This document shows positions 12,782 to 22,444 of a DNA stretch of 64,000 nt, piece by piece. The position numbers were made by a program, and so were the translations under genes. The first letter of the stretch is position 1. Every line of letters starts with the position of its first letter. The notes beneath the pieces were generated by a model. That model saw only the letters and a list, made by a program, of their open reading frames with translations, did not search any database and was not told the origin of the DNA. The DNA comes from Heptranchias perlo (lineage: Eukaryota). The stretch lies in NCBI RefSeq assembly GCF_035084215.1, contig NC_090363.1, positions 11,346,001-11,410,000 of the forward strand, written 5' to 3'.

Positions 12782-13615
12782 AGGAGCCGAGCCGAGCGGA
12801 GGGAGCGTCCGATAAAAGGCGGGATTTCAGAGCGCTGAGAGGAGCCGAGCCGAGCGGAGGGAGCGTCCGATAAAAGGCGGGATTTCAGAGCGCTGAGAAC
12901 AGCTGAGAGGAGCGGAGGGAGCGTCCCATAAAAGGCGGGATTTCAGAGCGCTGAGAACAGCTGAGAGGAGCCGAGCCGAGCGGAGGGAGTGTCCGATAAA
13001 AGGCGGGATTTCAGAGCGCTGAGAACAGCTGAGAGGAGCCGAGCCGAGCGGAGGGAGCGTCCGATAAAAGGCGGGATTTCAGAGCGCTGAGAGGAGCCGA
13101 GCGGAGCGGAGGGAGCGTCCGATAAAAGGCGGGATTTCAGAGCGCTGAGAACAGCTGAGAGGAGCCGAGCCGAGCGGAGGGAGCGTCCGATAAAAGGCGG
13201 GATTTCAGAGCGCTGAGAACAGCTGAGAGGAGCGGAGCGGAGGGAGCGTCCGATAAAAGGCGGGATTTCAGAGCGCTGAGAACAGCTGAGAGGAGCGGAG
13301 CGGAGGGAGCGTCCGATAAAAGGCGGGATTTCAGAGCGCTGAGAACAGCTGAGAGGAGCCGAGCCGAGCGGAGGGAGCGTCCGATAAAAGGCGGGATTTC
13401 AGAGCGCTGAGAACAGCTGAGCCGAGCGGAGGGAGCGTCCGATAAAAGGCGGGATTTCAGAGCGCTGAGAACAGCTGAGAGGAGCCGAGCCGAGCGGAGG
13501 GAGCGTCCGATAAAAGGCGGGATTTCAGAGCGCTGAGAACAGCTGAGAGGAGCGGAGCGGAGGGAGCGTCCGATAAAAGGCGGGATTTCAGAGCGCTGAG
13601 AGGAGCCGAGCGGAG
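12782..13615 (+). repeat. CR1 5' UTR tandem monomer array (13 units, about 59-70 bp)
   Basis: Repeating GAGCGGAGGGAGCGTCCGATAAAAGGCGGGATTTCAGAGCGCTGAGA(ACAGCTGAGA)GGAGCC. Confidence 0.9.
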
Positions 13616-13934
13616 CTGCGACCGAGTTCGAAGTGACGTCAGGAATCAGATCGGGACGCGACACAGGGGAGGCACCTGATTGGTGAGTAGGTTCAGGTGA
13701 GTATTTCTCCTTCTCTGCAGTAACTGAAGTAAAAGGAAAGGGAAGGTCTGCAGGTCTTATAGGAAGTAGCGTTTATTTTTTAGTGAATCAAGGTCCCTAG
13801 TGTAGTTAACATTCTCTAAATTGAGAACAATTTAAAGGAGTAAACTCCTTAAAGGGAGTGGTAAGTAGTTTTTCTTTCCTTTTTTTTTTCTCTTGACATT
13901 GTAGTTGTTCTTAAGCTAATTTAAGGGTTAAGTC

Positions 13935-14882
13935 ATGGCAGGAGATCCCAGCGCCGTGTCATGTTCCTCTTGTGGGATGTGGGAATTCAGGGCTCCTTCC
14001 TGTATCCCTGATTCCTTCACCTGCGGGAAGTGTGTCCAGCTGCAGCTATTGTTTGACCGCTTGACGGCTCTGGAGCTGCGGATGGACTCACTTTGGAGCA
14101 TCCGCGATGCTGAGAAAGTCGTGGATAGCACGTTCAGTGAGTTGGTCACACCGCAGATAAAAATTACTGAGGGAGATAGTGAATGGGTGACCAACAGACA
14201 GAGGAAGAGTAGGAAGGCAGTGCAGGGGTCCCCTGCGGTCATCTCCCTCCAAAACAGGTATACCGTTTTGGATACTGTTGGCGGAGATGGCTCACCAGGG
14301 GAAGGTGGCAGTGGCCAGGTTCATGGCACCGTGGCTGGCTCTGCTGCACAGGAGGGCAGGAAAAAGAGTGGCAGAGCTATAGTGATAGGGGACTCGATTG
14401 TAAGGGGAATAGACAGGCGTTTCTGCGGACGCAACCGAGACTCCAGGATGGTATGTTGCCTCCCTGGTGCAAGGGTCAAGGATGTCTCGGAGCGGCTGCA
14501 GGACATTCTGGAGGGGGAGGGTGAACAGCCAGTTGTCGTGGTGCATATAGGCACCAACGATATAGGTAAAAAACAGGATGAGGTCCTACAAGCTGAATTT
14601 AGGGAGTTAGGAGTTAAACTAAAGAGTAGGACCTCAAAGGTAGTAATCTCAGGATTGCTACCAGTGCCACGGGCTAGTCAGAGTAGGAATGACAGGATAG
14701 CTAAGATGAATACGTGGCTTGAGAGATGGTGCAAGAGGGAGGGATTCAAATTCCTGGGCCATTGGAACCGGTTCTGGGGGAGGTGGGACCAGTACAAATT
14801 GGACGGTCTGCATCTGGGCAGGACTGGAACCAATGTCCTAGGGGGAGTGTTTGCTAGTGCTGTTGGGGAGGGTTTAAACTAA
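13935..14882 (+). CDS. CR1 ORF1p: N-terminal zinc finger, coiled coil, SGNH/GDSL esterase domain
   Basis: CSSC...CGKC zinc finger; SGNH blocks IVIGDS, PGARV, HIGTND, DGLHL. Intact, 315 aa. Confidence 0.9.
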   Translation: MAGDPSAVSCSSCGMWEFRAPSCIPDSFTCGKCVQLQLLFDRLTALELRMDSLWSIRDAEKVVDSTFSELVTPQIKITEGDSEWVTNRQRKSRKAVQGSPAVISLQNRYTVLDTVGGDGSPGEGGSGQVHGTVAGSAAQEGRKKSGRAIVIGDSIVRGIDRRFCGRNRDSRMVCCLPGARVKDVSERLQDILEGEGEQPVVVVHIGTNDIGKKQDEVLQAEFRELGVKLKSRTSKVVISGLLPVPRASQSRNDRIAKMNTWLERWCKREGFKFLGHWNRFWGRWDQYKLDGLHLGRTGTNVLGGVFASAVGEGLN

Positions 14883-17830
14883 TGTGGCAGGGGGATGGGA
14901 ACCGATGCAGGAAGTCAGTGGGAAATAAAGTGGTGACAGAAACAAAAGGCAGTAAGGGAGAGTGTACAGAACATGACCGGACAGATGGTCTGAGAAAGCA
15001 GGGCAAAGACCAAGGGAAGACTAGATTAAACTGCATTTATTTCAATGCATGAAGTCTGATGGGCAAGGCAGATGAACTCAGGGCATGGATGGGTACATGG
15101 GACTGGGATGTTATAGCTATTACTGAAACATGGCTAAGGGAGGGGCAGGACTGGCAGCTCAATGTTCCAGGGTACAGATGCTATAGGAAAGATAGAGCAG
15201 GAGGTAAGAGAGGAGGGGGAGTTGCGTTCTTGATTAGGGAGAACATCACGGCAGTAGTGAGAGGGGATATATCCGAGGGTTCGCCCACTGAGTCCATATG
15301 GGTAGAACTGAAAAATAAGAAGGGAGAGATCACTTTGATAGGATTGTACTACAGACCCCCAAATAGTCAACGGGAAATTGAGGAGCAAATATGTAAGGAG
15401 ATTACAGACAGCTGCAAGAAAAATAGGGTGGTAATAGTAGGGGACTTTAACTTTCCCAACATTGACTGGGACAGCCATAGCATTAGGGGCTTGGATGGAG
15501 AGAAATTTGTTGAGTGTATTGAGGAGGAATTTCTCATTCAGTATGTGGATGGCCCGACTAGAGAGGGGGCAAAACTTGACCTCCTCTTGGGAAATAAGGA
15601 AGGGCAGGTAACAGAAGTGTTAGTGAGGGATCACTTTGGGACCAGTGATCATAATTCCATTAGTTTTAAGATAGCTATGGAGAAGGATAGGTCTGGCCCA
15701 AAAGTTAAAATTCTAAATTGGGGAAAGGCCAATTTTGATGGTATTAGACAGGAACTTTCAGAAGTTGATTGGGAGAGTCTGTTGGCAGGCAAAGGGACGT
15801 CTGGTAAGTGGGAGGCTTTCAAAAGTGTGTTAACCAGGGTTCAGTGTAAGCACATTCCTTATAAAGTGAAGGGTAAGGCTGGTAGAAGTAGGGAACCTTG
15901 GATGACTCGGGAGATTGAGGCACTAGTCAAAAATAAGAAGGAGGCATATGACATGCATAGCCAGCTGGGATCAAGTGGATCCCTTGAAGAGTATAGAGAT
16001 TGCCGGAGTAGAGTTAAGAGAGAAATCAGGAGGGCAGAAAGGGGATATGAGATTGCTTTGGCAGATCAGGCAAAGGTGAATCCAAAGAGCTTCTACAAAT
16101 ACATAAAGGGCAAAAGGGTAACTAGGGAGAGAGTAGGGCCTCTTAAGGATCAACAAGGTCATCTATGTGCGGAACCACAAGAGATGGGTGAGATCCTGAA
16201 TGAATATTTCACATCGGTATTTACGGTTGAGAAAGGCATGGATGTTAGGGAACTTGGGGAAATAAATAGTGATGTCTTGAGGAGTGTACATATTACAGAG
16301 AGGGAGGTGCTGGAAGTCTTAACGCGCATCAAGGTAGATAAATCTCCGGGACCTGATGAAATGTATCCCAGGACGTTATGGGAGGTTAGGGAGGAAATTG
16401 CGGGTCCCCTAGCAGAGATATTTGAATCATCCACCGCTACAGGTGAGGTGCCTGAAGATTGGAGGGTAGCAAATGTTGTGCCTTTGTTTAAGAAGGGCGG
16501 CAGGGAAAAGCCTGGGAACTACAGACCAGTGAGCCTGACATCTGTAGTGGGTAAGTTGTTAGAGGGTATTCTGAGGGACAGAATCTACAGGCATTTGGAG
16601 AGGCAGGGACTAATTAGGAACAGTCAGCATGGTTTTGTGAGAGGAAAATCATGTCTCACGAATTTGATTGAGTTTTTTGAAGGGGTAACCAAGAAGATAG
16701 ATGAGGGCTGTGCAGTAGACGTGGTCTACATGGACTTCAGCAAAGCATTTGACAAGGTACCGCATGGTAGGTTGTTACATAAGGTTAAATCTCATGGGAT
16801 CCAAGGTGAGGTAGCCAATTGGATACAAAATTGGCTTGACGACAGAAAACAGAGGGTGGTTGTCGAGGGTTGTTTTTCAAACTGGATGCCTGTGTCCAGC
16901 GGTGTGCCTCAGGGATCGGTGCTGGGTCCGCTGTTATTTGTTATTTATATTAATGATTTGGATGAGAATTTAGGAGGCATGGTTAGTAAGTTTGCAGATG
17001 ACACCAAGATTGGTGGCATTGTGGACAGTGAAGAAGGTTATCTAGGATTGCAACGGGATCTTGATAAATTGGGCCAGTGGGCCGATGAATGGCAGATGGA
17101 GTTTAATTTAGATAAATGTGAGGTGATGCATTTTGGTAGATCGAATCGGGCCAGGACCTACTCCGTTAATGGTAGGGCGTTGGGGAGAGTTATAGAACAA
17201 AGAGATCTAGGAGTACAGATTCATAGCTCCTTGAAAGTGGAGTCACAGGTGGATAGGGTGGTGAAGAAGGCATTCAGCATGTTTGGTTTCATTGGTCAGA
17301 ACATTGAATGCAGGAGTTGGGATGTCTTGTTGAAGTTGTACAGGGCATTGGTGAGGCCACACTTGGAGTACTGTGTACAGTTCTGGTCACCCTATTATAG
17401 AAAGGATATTATTAAACTAGAAAGCGTGCAGAAAAGATTTACTAGGATGCTACCGGGACTTGATGGTTTGACTTACAGGGAGAGGTTAGACAGACTGGGA
17501 CTTTATTCCCTGGAGATTAGGAGGTTAAGGGGTGATCTGATAGAAGTCTATAAAATAATGAGGGGCATAGATAAGGTCGATAGTCAAAATCTTTTCCCAA
17601 AGGTAGGGGAGTCTATAACGAGGGGGCACAGATTTAAGGTGAGAGGGGAGAGATACAAAAGGATCCAGAGGGGCAATTTTTTCACTCAAAGGGTGGTGAG
17701 TGTCTGGAACGAGCTGCCAGAGGCAGTAGTAGAGGCGGGTACAATTTTGTCTTTTAAAAAGCATTTGGACAGTTACATGGGGAAGATGGGTATCGAGGGA
17801 TATGGGCCAAGTGCAGGCAATTGGGACTAG
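14882..17830 (+). pseudogene. CR1 ORF2p (APE endonuclease + reverse transcriptase) with one in-frame TGA at 15050-15052; 923-aa open frame from 15059
   Basis: ATG at 14882 overlaps the ORF1 stop (TAATG) and is in frame with 15059, reading LNCIYFNA*SLMGK. Motifs AITETW, GDFN, SDH, YRPVSLTS, DFSKAFD, GVPQGSVLGP, FADD. Confidence 0.85.
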
Positions 17831-18627
17831 CTTAGTGGTATAAACTGGGCGACATGGACATGTTGGGCCGAAGGGCCTGTTTCCATGTTGTAACTTCTAT
17901 GATTCTATGATTCTATGTGCTCCCTAAAATTGTAACGATAGGATAAATCCTTCCCAAACGCACCACGCTCAGAGATTCTCAAGTGGACGACGACAGTATT
18001 TGCAACACAACTGGAAACCGACATAATTGGGTTCTTGGGTTCCGGAAATTGTTAGAGAGCGTGATTCCGCTTCCGAACCCACCACACCCACTCCCCACCT
18101 CTCCAAGTTCCATCCTCAACTTCTCATTTCAAGATATATTCATATTAGGAAGCTTTATGGCTCCTTGTCATGAAGCAGTGTGATCTGTAGAAGTCTCCAA
18201 GCTTCTGTCATCAAGGGAAATCGGGGAATTCTATCCCGCAGAAAGAACATCGCGGGATGTACTCGGGTGGAATGTGAAATGATGGTGAGCTCTGTCCATC
18301 CGCTAATTAATGGCGAGCGACACTCTGCAAATTGCCAACATCCTGTCAATCTCACTCAGGCTGTTTGGGGAAAGATAACGAAAACTCCTAGCAGTTCAGT
18401 AGTTGCTGAGGAATCTTCTTGTTCCAGAATAGAGAGAGCTTTACTCTGCATTCACCGTGTGCTTTATTTGCAATGATTCATGTGGATGTTGGAATATAAT
18501 CTGCTCCATTGCCTTTAATTTTTCGCATCTCACCTTGTACATAAAACATTCTCATATTTCCGATGAGAAATAACTACTTGATCGCTTTTTTTGCACTGGT
18601 GAGCCACGTTTTTTATGACCTCGGAAG

Positions 18628-19055
18628 CTGTGGTTCAGTGTGTAGTACACTCGCCTCTGAGTCAGAAGACCTTGGGTCCATTGATCCACTTGAGGGACCA
18701 TCAGTGCACAATCTACGCTGACAGTTCCAGTACAGTACTGCGAGGACGCTGCACTGTCCGAGGTGCTGTCTTTCCAATGAGACGTTAAACCGAATCTTGG
18801 CACAGTTTCGAAGAGTTGAGGAATTCTCCGTATTGCCCTGGACAGTATTTACCCCTCAACCAACACCACTAGAAACAGATTAGCTGGTCATTATTACACT
18901 GCTGTTCGTGGATTTGCTGTGTACAAATTGGCTGCTGTCTTTCCTACACAATAACAGTGACTGCACATCAAAAGTGCTCAATGGGCTTTAAAGCACTTTG
19001 AGAGGCACTGAGGTCGAGAAAGGCGCTATTTTAATTCAAATCCTATCTTTTCTTT
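18628..19055 (+). mobile_element. tRNA-headed Deu-domain SINE (SacSINE1-like)
   Basis: tRNA-like head (TGGTTCAGTG...GCCTCTGAGTCAGAAG), central CAGTACTG/GCACTGTC core, GAAAGGCGCTAT tail. Confidence 0.75.
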
Positions 19056-19059
19056 TAAA

Positions 19060-19700
19060 TTACTTTCGTTGATCAACCCAGTGCAGCACTCTCCATTTTG
19101 ATTATGCCCTGTCTTGAAGACAAGTGCCTATTGTTATTAACATTAACATTTTCTGCTTTCCCAAAGTTTAGCAGGATATTGTGAACCCCATTTTAAGGCC
19201 ACTATCGCCTCTTCCTTTTTTCATTTGCTTGCTGCTCCTCAGAACCACCATCTCCTGCCATAGCACTAGTTTCCACGTGTATGATGATAAAAGTCCACAG
19301 TGCCATTCATTTGATTCCAAAAGCACTTCGGTTTTTCGACTTCCTATCTGAAATCAAGTCATGGATGAGCCAGAAGTGCATCCAATCAATGATGACAAAA
19401 CCAAATCCACCCACTGCGCTCCCATCAAAAATTCTGTCCCCTTGTCCCTAACTTCCAGGTTGCTTGCTCAGGCTGAACCAGATCATGTGCAAGAAAAATG
19501 CCCTTGTTGACTCCAGCTGAATTTCAAACCACATGCCCTGCACAAAAAATAGCCTAGCTCCATCAAAACAATATCGCCCACTTCCGTCCGACCTCATCCT
19601 CTCTACCAATAAAGTCAGATCCTTACGCATATCAATTGATTGCAGTTCGCAATCTCTTGAGTTCCAAACCGTGTCCTTGTATTGCACTTCCTTACCCTAC
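19060..19700 (+). mobile_element. Highly degraded L2-like LINE fragment
   Basis: 19350-19405 reads IKSWMSQ...NDDKTK, resembling L2 RT post-ADD motifs. Confidence 0.35.
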
Positions 19701-19705
19701 CCTGT

Positions 19706-20990
19706 GTAGGATAGTGTGTAATCGAATAGGTCAAAAGATTGGCATCGGTAAAGGGTATCATGGGATAGTTAGCATTGTAAAGGAGAAAGTGTCAAAACCA
19801 TTGGCGTAATATGGGCGTGATTAATTGGGCAGAAGGTGTAGAATATCCGATGCAAAATTAGGAAAAATGGCTTCACGATACAGGTCAATACTAACATGAA
19901 CATGAATTTATTCTGTGTGACACAGGATAACACGTGATTTAGATTAGGTCGTTAAGATTCTGTAGGATTCTTTCCGAGGAAAGACAGGATGTGTTGTAAA
20001 CGTTATGGCAATTTAAGAAAATCGGGTTTCATTAAAGGCTCCGTGTAAAGAATCGTGGCCTAGTTTGGAGATAACATTCTCGTTTAGATTACTGCTATCC
20101 TGGGAAAAGTGTGAATGTTTATAACTGTTCAAAATTGTCTTATCTTCTCCTGAGAAGAGGCGAAGACCTCCACAGTCTAGTGAGCACGAAGTGGTCAAAC
20201 ATTGGCACATACAGGTGCAAGAACGTATAATACATAAGGATCACATGAGAATAATCTCAGAATTGACAGGTTTCCTCATCCGTTGCCTATTCCTGTCCCA
20301 AAACCAGTATCTTTCTACTGGAGGCGTGTTCCACTGACCCTTCCGTGACCTTCGGCTGAGGGGAGGGGTATTAATGATTCATCTACTGCCCTGTTATTGC
20401 GGAGGGGGCGGCAATGCCTCATCAGGCAATAAATGCTGGCCTTGCCAGCGACGCCAACATCCCATAATTGAATAAAAATAAAAGGTGGGAGGATTGGGGG
20501 GTAACTGTGCCACATCTGACGTCGTGTTATCGGGCATGATAACGAAATCCCCGACACGCACGCGTGGACAGAGGGAGGGCAATAGGGGTATAATCGCATC
20601 CCAACTAACAGGAGTCCAGAAATCTCATTTTAGGATTGTCTATTCGTTTACCTTGGAATTCGTGAACAAATTAATCTTCAAGAGGAAAATGCGGTATAAG
20701 TGTATTCCCTATAAATGATACAGCTACCAGTCATAAAACAAGACACTTAACGATTTCCTTTGAGCAGATTGAAACGGTAGTTCGATAGTTTTCCTTAGGA
20801 ACGTCTCTGCTGTGACTGTGAGATGCTGAGAATTGGTCAGTCCCACACGCCCCATGTTACATTCCCCACGATGGTTCAGTGCCTCTTTTGACTGAAAGTC
20901 GCAGCTGACTCATGGCCGATGCTGATTATTCACCTTTGGTTTTGAAGTGTCATTTCATAAAATCAGTGCGATGTGCCGCACTACCCCTAC
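19706..20990 (+). mobile_element. Possible solo LTR or unclassified insertion
   Basis: Ends (T)GTAGGATAG...CTACCCCTAC form an imperfect inverted repeat, flanked by TGT on both sides. Internal TATAAAT at about 20710. Contains a nested LINE tail at about 20390-20482. Confidence 0.3.
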
Positions 20991-21104
20991 TGTTTGTAGA
21001 TATTATCCATAAGTTGACTGCATTGTGGTGAAAAATCGGCTCGCATTTTATTCCTGCTCTATCATGCAGCACTACTTTGTAATCGAAACACCGTTTATTT
21101 TTAT

Positions 21105-22110
21105 TCAATTATGGGATGTTGGCATCGCCGGCAAGGCCAGCATTTATTGCCCCTCCCTAATTGCCCTTGGGAAAGTGGTGGAGAGCCGCCTTCTTGAACC
21201 GCTGCAGTCCGTATGGTGAAGCAACTCCCACAGTGCTGTCAGGTAGGGAGTTCCAGGATTTTGACCAAGCGACAGTGAAGGAACGGCGATATATTTCCAA
21301 GTCAGAATTGTGCATGACTTGGAGGGGAACGTGCAGGCGGTGATGTTCCCATGTGCCTGCTGCCCTTGTCCTTCTAGGTGGTAGAGGTCTCGGGTTTGGA
21401 AGGTGCTGTTGAAGAAGCCTTGGCGAGTTACTGCAGTGCATCTTGTAGATGGTACACACTGCAGCCACTGTGCGCCGGTGGTGGAGGGAATGATTGTTTC
21501 GGGTAGTGGATGGGGTGCCAATCAAGCGGACTGCTTTGTCCTGGACGGTGTCGAGCTTCTTGAGTGTTGATGGAGCTGCTGTCATCCAGGCAAGTGGAGA
21601 GTATTCCATCACACTCCTGACTTGTGCCTTGTAGATGGTGGAAAGGCTTTGGGGAATCAGGAGGTGAGTCACTCGCTGCAGAATACCCAGCCTCTGACCT
21701 GCTCTTGTAGCCACGGTAATTATGTGGCTAGTCCAGTTATGTTTCTGGACAATGGTGACCCCCACCCACCCCCCCAGATGTTTATGGTGGGGGATTCGGC
21801 GATGGTAATGCCATTGAATGTCAAGGGAGGTAGTTAGACTCTCCCTTGTTGGGGATGGTCATTGCCTGGAACTTGTCCAGCGAATGTTACTTGCCACTTA
21901 TCAGCCGAGGCCTGGCTGTTGACCAGGTCTTGATGCATGCGGGCATGAGCTGCTTCGTTATCTGAGGGGTTGCGAATGGAACTGAACACAGCGCAATCAT
22001 CAACGAACTTCCCCATTTCTGACCTTATGATGGAGGGAAGATCATTGGTGAAGCAGCTGAAAGTAGTTGGGCCTAGCACACTGCCCTGAGCAACTCCTGC
22101 AGCAATGACA
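21105..22110 (-). mobile_element. 5'-truncated L2/CR1-group LINE (RT C-terminus + 3' tail)
   Basis: GVAQGSVLGPTTFSCFTNDLP, FVDD, YKAQVRSVMEY, HRRTVAAVCTIYKMH; tail GGGCAATAAATGCTGGCC...CATCCCATAATTGAATAAAA. Confidence 0.85.
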
Positions 22111-22287
22111 TTCTTTCCCAAGAAAAGTTCAGCTCATTGCATGCAGTCAGGATGCGGTAACTTAGCAACAGATTGAGAGGTGGAGAGATAAATCAGCTGG
22201 AAATTTCTCGTATATTCTGCACCGTGCATTCCTCCACTGAGAGATCAGTGAGGTCACTATATTTTTGCAGAGAGAATTGTTGTAATG

Positions 22288-22370
22288 TGTTTGTTAAAAC
22301 GCCTGTAACTAATATCAGTTGTTATGTAACTCCCACTGCCCCACTGGAGAATTCTCTCAGATATTAATAA
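22288..22370 (+). promoter_or_regulatory. Core promoter of GPCR-C (same module as A and B)
   Basis: TGTTTGTT 22288-22295, TAAT 22310-22313, TTATGTAA 22322-22329, TATA-like ATATTAATAA 22361-22370. Confidence 0.6.
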
Positions 22371-22444
22371 GGATCTGTGTCCCATTCATTGCCTCACTGT
22401 GTCAGTCGGACCTGTCATTCACATGAGCTTTCCTCTTTCTGAAA

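Larger units (their letters stand above)
12782..17917 (+). mobile_element. Full-length CR1 non-LTR retrotransposon (about 5.1 kb)
   Basis: 5' UTR tandem monomers, ORF1 with esterase domain, ORF2 with APE endonuclease and RT, 3' UTR ending in (GATTCTAT)n at 17895-17917. Confidence 0.95.

Noticed and set aside
12782-13664. CRISPR-like appearance of the repeat array and a 175-aa antisense ORF
   Set aside because: No unique spacers, no cas genes, eukaryotic context; this is the CR1 5' UTR.
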